A DNA stretch of 24,000 bases from an uncultured Massilia sp. (GTDB taxonomy: Bacteria > Pseudomonadota > Gammaproteobacteria > Burkholderiales > Burkholderiaceae_D): contig CBIHOW010000046.1 of the NCBI GenBank assembly GCA_966211695.1, forward strand, positions 5,600 to 29,599, in the 5' to 3' direction. The notes beneath the pieces are model-generated. The model saw only the letters and a program-made list of their open reading frames with translations, searched no databases and had not been told where the DNA came from. Made by a program: the position numbers and the translations under genes. How positions within the stretch are numbered: position 1 is the first letter of the stretch; every line of letters begins with the position of its first letter. This document shows, piece by piece, positions 1 through 10,069 of this stretch.

Positions 1-1
1 G

Positions 2-370
<369 letters not shown>

Positions 371-382
371 GACAGCACGGCC

Positions 383-489
383 GCCAGCCTTCGGGCTGGC
401 CCGCGACCTTCGAGTCGTCGCCCCGGCGCAGGCCGGGGCCCAAGTTCGGTGAGCCGCCGACGACATTGGATCCCCGCCTGCGCGGGGAT
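383..489. repeat. Three consecutive GC-rich stem-loops (REP-like) in the rpoB-rpoC spacer
   Basis: Perfect stems read directly from the sequence: gccagcc-ttcg-ggctggc (383-400), gccccggc-gcag-gccggggc (420-439) and atccccgc-ctgc-gcggggat (470-489). None is followed by a T-run, so they are not intrinsic terminators. Confidence 0.6.
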
Positions 490-588
490 GACGGTTTCAG
501 GGGTTAGCGGTTCATGCAAGCACTGGCGAAAATCAGTGAGAAGCTGGCGGTAGTAGTAGATACAGAATTCAATCACCCGGAGTGATAA

Positions 589-3500
589 ATGAAAGCACTG
601 CTCGATCTATTCAAGCAAGTTCAGCAAAACGAGAGCTTCGACGCCATCAAGATTGGCCTGGCGTCGCCCGAGAAAATCCGTTCGTGGTCGTACGGCGAAG
701 TCAAGAAGCCGGAAACCATCAACTACCGTACGTTCAAGCCGGAACGCGATGGCCTGTTTTGCGCAAAAATCTTTGGTCCGATCAAGGACTACGAATGCCT
801 GTGCGGCAAGTACAAGCGCCTGAAGCACCGCGGCGTCATCTGCGAGAAGTGCGGCGTCGAAGTCACCCTGGCGAAAGTCCGCCGTGAGCGCATGGGCCAC
901 ATCGAGCTGGCCTCGCCGGTCGCGCACATCTGGTTCCTGAAGTCGCTGCCGTCGCGTCTGGGCATGGTCCTGGACATGACGCTGCGCGATATCGAACGCG
1001 TCCTGTACTTCGAAGCATACGTCGTGACCGATCCGGGCATGACCCCGCTGAAGAAGTGCCAGATCATGTCGGAAGACGACTACGCCGCCAAGTACGAAGA
1101 GTACGGCGACGACTTCACCGCATTCATGGGCGCCGAAGGCATCCGTGAACTGCTGCGCTCGATCGACATCGACCGCGAAGCCGAAGCCCTGCGCGTCGAA
1201 CTCAAAGAATCGAAGTCGGAAGCCAAGATCAAGAAATACGCCAAGCGCCTGAAAGTGCTCGAGGCGTTCCAGCGTTCGGGCATCAAGCCGGAATGGATGA
1301 TCATGGAAGTGCTCCCGGTCCTGCCGCCGGAGCTGCGTCCGCTCGTCCCGCTGGATGGCGGCCGTTTCGCCACGTCCGACCTGAACGACCTGTATCGCCG
1401 CGTCATCAACCGTAATAACCGCCTGAAGCGCCTGATGGAACTGCGCGCTCCGGAAATCATTACGCGTAACGAAAAGCGCATGCTGCAGGAAGCAGTGGAC
1501 TCGCTGCTGGACAACGGCCGTCGCGGCAAGGCGATGACCGGCGCCAACAAGCGTCCGCTGAAGTCGCTGGCTGAAATGATCAAGGGTAAGGGCGGCCGCT
1601 TCCGTCAGAACCTGCTGGGCAAGCGCGTCGACTACTCGGGCCGTTCGGTCATCGTGGTGGGTCCGCAGCTGAAACTGCACCAGTGCGGCCTGCCGAAGCT
1701 GATGGCCCTGGAACTGTTCAAGCCGTTCATCTTCAACAAGCTGGAACTGATGGGTCTCGCGACCACCATCAAGGCTGCGAAGAAGCTCGTCGAGCAGCAG
1801 GAACCGGTCGTCTGGGACATCCTGGAAGAAGTCATCAAGGAACACCCGGTGATGCTGAACCGTGCGCCGACGCTGCACCGTCTCGGTATCCAGGCGTTCG
1901 AGCCGGTCCTGATCGAAGGCAAGGCGATCCAGCTGCACCCGCTGGTCTGCGCGGCGTTCAACGCCGACTTCGACGGTGACCAGATGGCAGTCCACGTCCC
2001 GCTGTCGATCGAAGCCCAGATGGAAGCCCGCACGCTGATGCTGGCCTCGAACAACATCCTGTTCCCGTCGAACGGCGAACCGTCGATCGTGCCGTCCCAG
2101 GATATCGTGCTGGGTCTGTACTACGCGACCCGCGAAGCCATCAACGGCAAGGGCGAAGGCATGCTGTTCCCGGACGTGTCGGAAGTCATCCGCGCGTACG
2201 ACAACAAGGAAGTCGAACTGGCGACCCGCATCACCGTGCGTATCGTGGAATTCCCGCGCAACGCCGAAGGCGGCTTCGACCAGACCCTGACCCGCTACGA
2301 GACCACGGTCGGCCGTGCGATCCTGTCCGAGATCCTGCCGAAAGGCCTGCCGTTCTCGGTGCTGAACCGCGCGCTGAAGAAGAAAGAGATCTCGAAGCTG
2401 ATCAACACGTCGTTCCGCAAGTGCGGCCTGCGTGCGACCGTCGTGTTCGCCGACAAGCTGATGCAGTCGGGCTTCCGTCTCGCAACGCGCGCCGGTATCT
2501 CGATCGCCGTGGACGACATGCTGATCCCGGACGTCAAGAAGACCATGATCTCGACCGCCGAAGCGGAAGTGAAGCAGATCGAGCAGCAGTACGCCTCGGG
2601 TCTGGTCACCGCCGGCGAGCGTTACAACAAGGTCGTCGACATCTGGGGCAAGACCTCGGACGAAGTCGGCAAGGCGATGATGGACCAGCTGAAAGTGGAG
2701 CCGGTCACGAAGCGCGACGGCACGCAAGGCACGCAAGAGTCGTTCAACGCCATCTACATGATGGCCGACTCGGGCGCCCGTGGTTCCGCAGCCCAGATCC
2801 GCCAGCTGGCCGGTATGCGCGGCCTGATGGCGAAGCCGGACGGCTCGATTATCGAAACGCCGATTACCGCGAACTTCCGCGAAGGCCTGAACGTTCTGCA
2901 GTACTTCATCTCGACGCACGGCGCCCGTAAGGGTCTGGCCGACACCGCGCTGAAGACGGCAAACTCGGGTTACCTGACCCGTCGCCTGGTCGACGTGACG
3001 CAGGACCTGGTCGTCACGGAAGACGATTGCGGCACCTCGAACGGCACGCTGATGAAGGCGATGGTCGAAGGCGGTGAAGTGATCGAAGCCCTGCGCGACC
3101 GTATCCTGGGCCGCGTGGCCGGTACCGACATCGTCAATCCGGAAACGCAGGCGACCCTGTACGAAGCCGGCACGCTGCTGGACGAAGACATGGTCGAAGA
3201 GATCGAGCGTCTGGGCATCGACGAAGTGAAGGTCCGCACGCCGCTGAACTGCGACACCCGTTATGGCCTGTGCGCGAAGTGCTATGGCCGTGACCTGGGC
3301 CGCGGCCTGCTGGTGAACTCCGGCGAAGCCGTCGGTGTGGTTGCAGCACAGTCGATCGGTGAACCGGGTACCCAGCTGACCATGCGTACGTTCCACATCG
3401 GTGGTGCGGCATCGCGTGCGGCAGTGGCATCGTCGGTGGAAGCCAAGTCGAACGGTACGGTCCGCTTCACGGCGACCATGCGTTACGTGACCAACGGCAA

Positions 3501-4836
3501 GGGCGCCCAGATCGTCATTTCGCGTTCGGGCGAAGTGCTGATCACGGACGACCACGGCCGTGAGCGCGAGCGTCACAAGGTGCCGTACGGCGCGACCCTG
3601 GTTGTCCAGGACGGCATGACGGTGAAAGCCGGTACGCCGCTGGCAACGTGGGACCCGCTGACCCGTCCGATCATTACCGAGTACGCCGGTACGATCAAGT
3701 TCGAGAACGTGGAAGAGGGCGTCACCGTCGCTCGCCAGGTGGACGAGGTCACCGGCCTGTCGACCCTGGTCGCGATCGACCCGAAACGCCGCGGCTCGGG
3801 CAAGGTCAACCGCCCGCAGGTCAAGCTGCTCAACGCCGAAGGTCAGGAAGTCAAGATCGCCGGCACCGAGCACGCCGTGACGATCGGCTTCCAGGTCGGC
3901 GCGCTGATCATGGTGAAGGATGGCCAGCAAGTGTCGGTGGGTGAAGTGCTTGCACGTATCCCGACCGAATCGCAGAAGACCCGTGACATTACCGGTGGTC
4001 TGCCGCGCGTTGCCGAGCTGTTCGAAGCCCGTTCGCCGAAAGATGCCGGCATGCTGGCGGAAGTCACCGGTACGGTCGCATTCGGTAAAGAGACCAAGGG
4101 CAAGCAGCGCCTGGAAATCACCGACATGGACGGCAACAAGCACGAGTTCCTGATCACCAAGGACAAGCAAGTGCTGGTGCACGACGGCCAGGTGGTGAAC
4201 AAGGGCGAGATGATCGTGGACGGCCCGGCCGATCCGCAAGACATCCTGCGCCTGCTGGGTATCGAAGCGCTGGCCCGCTACATCGTCGACGAAGTGCAGG
4301 ACGTGTACCGTCTGCAGGGCGTGAAGATCAACGACAAGCACATCGAGGTGATCGTTCGCCAGATGCTGCGCCGCGTGCAGATCACCGACGCCGGCGACAC
4401 CGACTACATCGTCGGCGAGCAGGTGGAGCGTTCGGAGCTGCTGGAAGAGAACGACCGCGTGACGGCGCTGAACAAGCTGCCGGCGCAGTACGAAAACGTG
4501 CTGCTGGGTATCACGAAGGCATCGCTGTCGACGGACTCGTTCATCTCGGCCGCATCGTTCCAGGAAACCACCCGCGTGCTGACCGAAGCGGCGATCATGG
4601 GCAAGCGCGACGGTCTGCGCGGCCTGAAGGAAAACGTCATCGTCGGCCGCCTGATCCCGGGCGGTACGGGTCTGGCATTCCACCGCGCCCGCAAGGAGAA
4701 AGAGCAGTGGGAAGCGGAAGAGCGCGCAGCGCTGCTGCAGCAGGAGAAGGCCAACATGGCTGCCGAGCTGCAGGCGATGGAAGACCAGCAGAATGCTGCG
4801 GCTTCGGTCGAGCAGCATCATGGCGACGGCGAGTGA
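589..4836 (+). CDS. rpoC: DNA-directed RNA polymerase subunit beta'
   Basis: 1415 aa ORF with GGAG at 577-580 upstream of the ATG. It has the N-terminal zinc-binding [20 protein letters not shown] segment, the catalytic [12 protein letters not shown] motif, and beta' homology along its full length. Confidence 0.98.
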   Translation: MKALLDLFKQVQQNESFDAIKIGLASPEKIRSWSYGEVKKPETINYRTFKPERDGLFCAKIFGPIKDYECLCGKYKRLKHRGVICEKCGVEVTLAKVRRERMGHIELASPVAHIWFLKSLPSRLGMVLDMTLRDIERVLYFEAYVVTDPGMTPLKKCQIMSEDDYAAKYEEYGDDFTAFMGAEGIRELLRSIDIDREAEALRVELKESKSEAKIKKYAKRLKVLEAFQRSGIKPEWMIMEVLPVLPPELRPLVPLDGGRFATSDLNDLYRRVINRNNRLKRLMELRAPEIITRNEKRMLQEAVDSLLDNGRRGKAMTGANKRPLKSLAEMIKGKGGRFRQNLLGKRVDYSGRSVIVVGPQLKLHQCGLPKLMALELFKPFIFNKLELMGLATTIKAAKKLVEQQEPVVWDILEEVIKEHPVMLNRAPTLHRLGIQAFEPVLIEGKAIQLHPLVCAAFNADFDGDQMAVHVPLSIEAQMEARTLMLASNNILFPSNGEPSIVPSQDIVLGLYYATREAINGKGEGMLFPDVSEVIRAYDNKEVELATRITVRIVEFPRNAEGGFDQTLTRYETTVGRAILSEILPKGLPFSVLNRALKKKEISKLINTSFRKCGLRATVVFADKLMQSGFRLATRAGISIAVDDMLIPDVKKTMISTAEAEVKQIEQQYASGLVTAGERYNKVVDIWGKTSDEVGKAMMDQLKVEPVTKRDGTQGTQESFNAIYMMADSGARGSAAQIRQLAGMRGLMAKPDGSIIETPITANFREGLNVLQYFISTHGARKGLADTALKTANSGYLTRRLVDVTQDLVVTEDDCGTSNGTLMKAMVEGGEVIEALRDRILGRVAGTDIVNPETQATLYEAGTLLDEDMVEEIERLGIDEVKVRTPLNCDTRYGLCAKCYGRDLGRGLLVNSGEAVGVVAAQSIGEPGTQLTMRTFHIGGAASRAAVASSVEAKSNGTVRFTATMRYVTNGKGAQIVISRSGEVLITDDHGRERERHKVPYGATLVVQDGMTVKAGTPLATWDPLTRPIITEYAGTIKFENVEEGVTVARQVDEVTGLSTLVAIDPKRRGSGKVNRPQVKLLNAEGQEVKIAGTEHAVTIGFQVGALIMVKDGQQVSVGEVLARIPTESQKTRDITGGLPRVAELFEARSPKDAGMLAEVTGTVAFGKETKGKQRLEITDMDGNKHEFLITKDKQVLVHDGQVVNKGEMIVDGPADPQDILRLLGIEALARYIVDEVQDVYRLQGVKINDKHIEVIVRQMLRRVQITDAGDTDYIVGEQVERSELLEENDRVTALNKLPAQYENVLLGITKASLSTDSFISAASFQETTRVLTEAAIMGKRDGLRGLKENVIVGRLIPGGTGLAFHRARKEKEQWEAEERAALLQQEKANMAAELQAMEDQQNAAASVEQHHGDGE

Positions 4837-4866
4837 TTTTCGCTTCGCTTAGCTTGATCAGCTAGT

Positions 4867-4897
4867 CAAAACGGCACCTCGAGGGGTGCCGTTTTTT
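4867..4897 (+). terminator. Intrinsic (potentially bidirectional) terminator of rpoC
   Basis: Stem acggcacc (4871-4878) pairs with ggtgccgt (4885-4892). The stem is followed by a T6 run and preceded by an A4 run. Confidence 0.85.
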
Positions 4898-4899
4898 AT
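4892..4899. repeat. Left copy of the 8 bp target-site duplication (ttttttat) of the IS
   Basis: Identical octamer at 5970-5977. Each copy directly abuts a terminal inverted repeat. Confidence 0.85.
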
Positions 4900-5969
4900 G
4901 GCTGTGTTCGCGTTATTTATGTGAACTGTAATTCGTTGCAGAGGTCAGACGCATCGTCGAGTTAACTCATGAGGAGTGACGATGCGCGGCCTGACGTTCG
5001 ACGAATTGTTCGCCATGCTGTTGGCGGTGCAGTTGTCACCAGACGACCTGGCCCGGCTACGGGAATGGATCGCCGGCATCGCCGATCCGGCCGAGTGCAT
5101 CGCGCTGATCGAGCAGGCGGCGGCGGGCCGGCCGTGTCCGCACTGCGGCTGCGCCCGCAAGCACCGCTGTGGCCAGGCGAGCGGACTGCAGCGCTTCCGT
5201 TGCCTCACATGCGGGCGCAGCCACAATCCATTGACCGGTACGCCGCTGGCTCGGCTGCGCAAGAAGGCGCTCTGGCTGCCGTATCTGCAATGCGTGCTCG
5301 AATCGCGCACGGTCCGCGATGCCGTGCAAGTCGTCGGCGTGCATCGCACGACCAGCTTCCGGTGGCGCCACCGGTTCGTGCCCGGTGCGATGCGCGATCG
5401 ACCGGCGACGTTGTCGGCCATCGTCGAGGCCGACGAAACCTCCGACTCGAGTCGCAGAAGGGTGCGCGCAACCTGACGCGGCCGGCGCGAAAGCGTGGCG
5501 GCGTCGCCAGGCGTCGGGGTATCAATCGGGAGCACGATTGCCTGCTCGTCGCGCGCGACCGCAATGGGCCGGACGCTCGACTTTCATACCGGGCGCGGCC
5601 AGGTGACGGTGAAGCAATTGCGCGAGTGTCTTACACCGGTTCTGCCAGCCGACGTTCTGCTGATCAGCGACGGCGCCATCGTCTATCGACATTTCGCGCA
5701 GCAGGCCGGCATCACGCACGAAGCTGTGAACGTGAAAGCCGGCGTGCGGGCTCGCGGCGCGATCCACGTGCAGAGCGTGAACAGCTGGCACAGCCGTTTC
5801 AAGCGCTGGCTGGTGCGATTCCGCGGCGTGGCGAGCCGCTACCTGATCCATTACTCGGGCTGGCAGCGCCTGCTGGACGATCGCCGTCTGACAACGCCAG
5901 CTCATCTGCTGTGCGCGGCGGTCCAGCTCGGCTAGACGAGTGGGTTACCGAATTACCGCGAACACAGCC
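4900..5969 (+). mobile_element. IS1595-family insertion sequence (ISXO2-like), 1070 bp, probably inactive
   Basis: 13 bp perfect terminal inverted repeats: ggctgtgttcgcg (4900-4912) and cgcgaacacagcc (5957-5969). A subterminal gtaattcg/cgaattac motif occurs at both ends. The element is flanked by an 8 bp TSD and carries one IS1595-type transposase gene. It is GC-rich like the host, unlike the adjacent cassette. Confidence 0.85.
4982..5935 (+). pseudogene. IS1595-family (ISXO2-like) transposase, interrupted by two frameshifts
   Basis: GAGGAG (4971-4976) lies 5 nt before the ATG at 4982. The N-terminal zinc ribbon is CPHCG...RFRCLTCGRSHNPLTGTPLARLRKK, and the C-terminal DDE region is ...LISDGAIVYRHFAQQAGITHEAVN...SVNSWHSRFKRWL...GVASRYL. 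The conserved central segment LESQKGARNLTRPARKRGGVARRRGINREHDCLLVARDRNG is encoded in a different frame (about 5446-5568). Reading from the ATG meets a TGA at 5474-5476. Confidence 0.8.
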
Positions 5970-5977
5970 TTTTTTAT
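5970..5977. repeat. Right copy of the 8 bp target-site duplication (ttttttat)
   Basis: Identical to 4892-4899 and directly abuts the right inverted repeat. Confidence 0.85.
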
Positions 5978-5986
5978 TGTTAACTC

Positions 5987-6466
5987 TTAAGTAGGGCAAT
6001 GATCTGGACAAAGCTGCTTCACAGCGATTTTTGTTTGATTAAGCAGCTCTTTCGCTTCATCCCAGTCAGTATCAAGCGCGTTATATATATCTGCTCCAGT
6101 TGCTACGGCTAACGCAGCAAATTTTCTATCACTTTTGTCTAGTTTATTTTCTGGCAACTCGGCGAAGCCACGTTTTTCATCGTCAATAGCCGTGATGGCA
6201 GCAACCAAAACTTTTTTTCCTAAATACATGTTGTCATGAAGGTATTTGAAAAATTGGTCGCCCACCCCGGGTGCGCCTCGATGTGAAAGATGTCTGCTGT
6301 ACTCGTCAAGTATAACCCCCGCATCATCAACCGCTACGCGGTTTTTTGATGAAGGAGAAATTAATGCTTGAAGAAATTCGATGCAGTTCAGCTGGCATTT
6401 CAGACTTGCATGCGTATCTATCCCATTGGCAGCAATCGCGACATTTGTGTCTACAATTACTTTCAT
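5987..6466 (-). CDS. PIN-like nuclease domain protein (159 aa), putative effector
   Basis: The N-terminus MKVIVDTNVAIAANG matches the PIN beta1 strand with its first acidic residue. Further acidic positions occur in AVDDAGVILDEY and AIDDEK. The C-terminal part DRKFAALAVATGADIYNALDTDWDE resembles the PIN D..(A).A......l.T.D.D motif. Codon usage is AT-rich. The start codon overlaps the stop of the upstream ATPase gene (ATGA at 6463-6466). Confidence 0.7.
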   Translation of the reverse strand: MKVIVDTNVAIAANGIDTHASLKCQLNCIEFLQALISPSSKNRVAVDDAGVILDEYSRHLSHRGAPGVGDQFFKYLHDNMYLGKKVLVAAITAIDDEKRGFAELPENKLDKSDRKFAALAVATGADIYNALDTDWDEAKELLNQTKIAVKQLCPDHCPT

Positions 6467-7842
6467 TGTGCCGCCATTTCCATCTTTCTTTTGATAATGG
6501 CCTTGCGTGTCTCCGCAATTTCCGTCATCTCGTCACCAAAGAAATCTTGCGGCCAGTTTTTAATTTGTCCGAATATGTCTATGTCCAGATCGCAAAGTTT
6601 GGATTTTCCTTCATGGCTCTCGCAAAAATAAAGTCTCATATCAGACGCCGGATAAGATTTTTCTGCAACTCGTCTCTGAAAACGACGCAGCAAATGCTCA
6701 CTGTGGCTCTCAATAATAACCTGAAGATTGCGAGATTTTGCTACGGTAAGAATAACATCAGCAAGACCACTTTGTACGGAAGGGTGCAAGTGTATCTCGG
6801 GTTGCTCCATAAGTATGGTGCTTCCTTCTGGAACATAGTATAACAACACTAATGCGGGGAGAACTTGAGAGACACCGAAGCCTACGTCCGTCAATAATGC
6901 CTGAGCACTTTTGCTGTCTCGCTTAACCATCGCACGGTACAAGTTGGCCCCGGATCCAATTTCTTCTATTTTAAATTCATGAATTAGTCGAAGTTCCTTT
7001 AGCCAATAAGCGATCATCTCTTGAAATGGCTTATGAGGCGAACGATAGCGTAAATTCCGGGTTTCGTTCCGTGCTGTTGCTGAGAGTATTGCTTCGATAG
7101 TTCGCTCACCTCGTAACCCTACATCTACCGGACTCGTGCCAGACCACGGGTACTCTCGTTTAGGGTATTCCCGAAGCGGCCCGAGATAATAAATGGAGTC
7201 CATCATGGACTCATACTCCGATTCAAATAAGCTGAGAAACTCAGCATTTTGATAATATGTTTTCGCTTGATCAGGGAATAGATGTGTTTTGATAGGGCCA
7301 GGTAGTGCCCATGCGCGCTGTTTGTTTCTTACGAAGCGAAAGTCCGAATCCTTAGGCTCGGTTGAGCTTAATTGGAATTCTGTGCTGCCGGCTTTTTTAG
7401 GGGCAATGGAAAACGTGTAGCCGCCAAAGCCGTATTTTAGTGAGTCAGAAAAAAGAAGATTTGCTTGCTGATGCGTGTGCGCAACAGATTCTATTGATAA
7501 GCTGGAGTCGGTTGCAAGCACATCGGTTCTCTTTTTGGTTGGGTCTGATATGCTAGTCTTTTGCGGCAATGTCCAATCAATTTTCCATTTTAGACTTTCG
7601 TCGGTTTTATGCGCATGGATCACATCTCGGTAACTTCCAAGGTTTACCAGTTGTCCAGGTCCGCCAAAATCGAGTACGATGCCACGATCAGTCGCATTCT
7701 TCGTTTGTTTTAGCATCAGTAAGAATTGAAGTAAGCTACTTTTTCCTGAGCTATTAGTTCCGAAGAGGCCTACAACTCGTCCAAACTCAATATCTAGATT
7801 TTTCCAAGCTTTGAAGTTTTGTACATGAAGGTGGGTTAACAT
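6463..7842 (-). CDS. ABC-type AAA_15/AAA_21 ATPase with DUF3696-like C-terminus, putative sensor/regulator
   Basis: Motifs in order: Walker A GLFGTNSSGKSS, YYLGPLREYPKREY, a signature-like TDVGFGVSQVLPAL loop, Walker B STILMEQPEIHLHP, H-loop IIESHSEHLL, and a WPQDFFGDE tail. The ATG at 7842 gives the family-typical N-terminus MLTHLHVQNFKAW. The ORF track's alternative start is a GTG at 7857 with no Shine-Dalgarno sequence. Confidence 0.85.
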   Translation of the reverse strand: MLTHLHVQNFKAWKNLDIEFGRVVGLFGTNSSGKSSLLQFLLMLKQTKNATDRGIVLDFGGPGQLVNLGSYRDVIHAHKTDESLKWKIDWTLPQKTSISDPTKKRTDVLATDSSLSIESVAHTHQQANLLFSDSLKYGFGGYTFSIAPKKAGSTEFQLSSTEPKDSDFRFVRNKQRAWALPGPIKTHLFPDQAKTYYQNAEFLSLFESEYESMMDSIYYLGPLREYPKREYPWSGTSPVDVGLRGERTIEAILSATARNETRNLRYRSPHKPFQEMIAYWLKELRLIHEFKIEEIGSGANLYRAMVKRDSKSAQALLTDVGFGVSQVLPALVLLYYVPEGSTILMEQPEIHLHPSVQSGLADVILTVAKSRNLQVIIESHSEHLLRRFQRRVAEKSYPASDMRLYFCESHEGKSKLCDLDIDIFGQIKNWPQDFFGDEMTEIAETRKAIIKRKMEMAAQ

Positions 7843-7960
7843 AAGTTTTCTCGCCACTTCGCAAATAAAGATGTTGTCAGTTCTGTGAAGTGTACCTGCC
7901 GTACTAGACTAAGAGCAATGCAAAATCTCGCCGACAGCACCTGTGATTAGCTGTCAGTAA

Positions 7961-8278
<318 letters not shown>

Positions 8279-8310
8279 TCTTCGCTTCTGCTTAGCTTAA
8301 TCAGCTAGTC

Positions 8311-8339
8311 AAAACGGCACCTCGAGGGGTGCCGTTTTT
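8311..8339 (+). terminator. Second copy of the rpoC intrinsic terminator
   Basis: Stem acggcacc (8314-8321) pairs with ggtgccgt (8328-8335). The T5 run that follows overlaps the last stem base (8335-8339). Confidence 0.8.
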
Positions 8340-9075
8340 ATTGCTCGTGTCCTCGCTGGAGTACCATGGCGAACATTGCAACCGTCCAGCTTCCGCCGTG
8401 CTCCTTGACGCTTTTCTTCGCGACGGTTTCGCCGTCGTCCCAACCGTCCTGCGCGAATCGCAGTGCGATGCCATCACGGCCTCCATCGACTCGTTCATAT
8501 CCGATGCACCTGGCACGCGCAGCCTTCTGACTCATGACCGGTACCGCGCGCTTGCAAACGAGTTACGCGCACATGCGGATGTCGGCACACTCATCCCTGC
8601 GGGCCACGTAGCCGTGCAATGCACGTACTTCGAAAAATCGGTCGACAGGAATTGGCTCGTGCCGGTACACCAGGACCTGAGCATCCCGGTTCGCGAGCGG
8701 GTCGAGCACCCCGCATTGCGTGGATGGTCGGAGAAGAAGGGGACATTATTCGTCCAGCCACCGACGGAATTGCTGGAGACGCTCGTCGCCGTGCGCATCC
8801 ACCTGGATCCTTGTCTGGAACACGATGGTCCATTGCAGTTCGTCCCGGCCACGCACACGCGCGGCCGTATCGACGCCAGCGAGGCCAGCCGGCTGAGGCA
8901 GAACGGCCCTGTCGTCACATGCGCGCTCGACCGCGGCGGGGTGCTCGTCATGCGGCCGCTCGCGCTGCACACGTCATCGAAAGCGACTGGAATGAGCCGG
9001 CGCCGTGTCCTGCATTTCGTGTTCGGGCCGCCCGAACCACCTTACGGGCTGCAGTGGGAGCACGCTGCCGTCTAG
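8329..9075 (+). CDS. Phytanoyl-CoA dioxygenase (PhyH) family Fe(II)/2-oxoglutarate oxygenase; start codon uncertain
   Basis: Has an HxD motif (VPVHQDLSIP) and a distal His (RPLALHTSSKA), and the overall sequence is PhyH-like. There is no in-frame ATG near the 5' end. The longest ORF starts at a GTG at 8329 inside the terminator stem. The alternative starts are TTG 8341, GTG 8347 and GTG 8398. Confidence 0.75.
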   Translation: MPFLLLVSSLEYHGEHCNRPASAVLLDAFLRDGFAVVPTVLRESQCDAITASIDSFISDAPGTRSLLTHDRYRALANELRAHADVGTLIPAGHVAVQCTYFEKSVDRNWLVPVHQDLSIPVRERVEHPALRGWSEKKGTLFVQPPTELLETLVAVRIHLDPCLEHDGPLQFVPATHTRGRIDASEASRLRQNGPVVTCALDRGGVLVMRPLALHTSSKATGMSRRRVLHFVFGPPEPPYGLQWEHAAV

Positions 9076-9127
9076 CATGCTGGCCAGACCGGCAACATGC
9101 CAGAGCCTGGCCCATCGCCTGCCGGCC

Positions 9128-10051
9128 TCAGTGCTGGTAGATCCTCGTCCAGTTGCCCGAGCCCGCCTGGTTGACGTTGGCCGCATAACCTTCGCCGTCT
9201 TGGCTGACCAGCGCGGTGTTGCTGTTGCCGATCTGTGCGATCGCGGCCGTGTCGTTGGCGCCGGCCTGGATCAAGCCGGCCAGGTTGTCGTTGCCGATCT
9301 GGTTGATGTCGCCGACAAGGCCGTTGCCGGTCTGGCTGGCGTCGGCACTGTTGCCCACGCCCTGTTGTGAGATGGTGAGCCTGCCATCGGCGTTGATCAA
9401 CTGGACGCGTGCGTCGTTCATGCTGCCGTTCTGGGTAATGCTGGGGCCCGTGCCCAGCACATTGTCGGCGCTGACCGCGACCGTATTTCTGTCGCCGGTC
9501 TGGACGACCTCCGGTCCGTTGTGCGTGCTGTTCGATTGATCCACCGTGGCCGTGTTGCCGGTGCCGTTCTGGGTGACGCGCAGGGACACGTCGGCACTGT
9601 CGATCTGCTGCAGGCGGGCGAGATTGCCGCTGCCGACCTGGTCGACGATGACAGGGCTCGACGTGACGATGGCCTGCCTGATCGTCGCATCGTTCCCGTT
9701 CCCGCGCTGTGTGATCTTGGCTTCGACGATCGCGAACTGGCCGGACGTGCCGTCCTGGGTGATGCCGGCATTGTTTCCTGTGCCGTTCTGGCTGACCACG
9801 GCGGTCGCGCCGTGGTGGGTGTCGCGCTGGAAGATGCCGCCGCCCGTGGCGCCAGGGCCGCCCACGTGGTTGTTGTTGCCGATCTGCGTGATCGATGCGC
9901 TGGTCATGTCGTCCGGTGTCAGGCCGACCTGTTCCGCGGACGACGTGTTGCCATTGCCCTGTTGCGCGACCGTGATGGTCTGGCTCGACGCGACATGGCT
10001 GGCGCAGGCCAGGATCGCGCCGATGGCGATTGCCGAGAGTCTGGATTTCAT
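9128..10051 (-). CDS. Curlin-repeat protein (CsgA-like major subunit paralog 1, 307 aa)
   Basis: Signal peptide MKSRLSAIAIGAILACASHVASSQ, followed by more than 10 degenerate Q-x-G-x-x-N-x-A-x-x-x-Q curlin repeats. Ends QAGSGNWTRIYQH. GAGGAG RBS. Confidence 0.85.
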   Translation of the reverse strand: MKSRLSAIAIGAILACASHVASSQTITVAQQGNGNTSSAEQVGLTPDDMTSASITQIGNNNHVGGPGATGGGIFQRDTHHGATAVVSQNGTGNNAGITQDGTSGQFAIVEAKITQRGNGNDATIRQAIVTSSPVIVDQVGSGNLARLQQIDSADVSLRVTQNGTGNTATVDQSNSTHNGPEVVQTGDRNTVAVSADNVLGTGPSITQNGSMNDARVQLINADGRLTISQQGVGNSADASQTGNGLVGDINQIGNDNLAGLIQAGANDTAAIAQIGNSNTALVSQDGEGYAANVNQAGSGNWTRIYQH

Positions 10052-10069
10052 GAGCTTGCTCCTCGCATA

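Larger units (their letters stand above)
4541..4899 (+). repeat. Direct repeat copy 1: last 296 bp of rpoC plus 3' UTR and terminator (continues for 2 bp at 5978-5979 beyond the IS)
   Basis: Aligned by eye to 7983-8343. The 296 coding bp are identical. All differences lie after the stop codon: 4838 t vs 8280 c, an extra t at 8289, 4856 g vs 8299 a, and T6 vs T5 in the terminator tail. Confidence 0.95.

Noticed and set aside
607-4821. 1404 aa ORF antisense to rpoC
   Set aside because: It is the exact antisense shadow of a highly conserved essential gene. Its translation is low-complexity and Arg/Ala/Leu/Gln-rich with no recognisable motifs. Stop-free antisense frames are expected in GC-rich genes with strong codon bias.
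5435-5476. Programmed ribosomal frameshifting to express the transposase
   Set aside because: There is no slippery heptamer (A AAA AAG-type) at the shift point. Two shifts in opposite directions would be required. IS1595-family transposases are, to my knowledge, normally encoded by a single ORF.
4969-5994. 341 aa frame-1 ORF spanning the whole IS
   Set aside because: Only its central ~40 codons (about 5446-5568) match transposase sequence. The rest is an Arg-rich out-of-frame read of the IS1595 transposase, whose N- and C-terminal parts are in frame 2.
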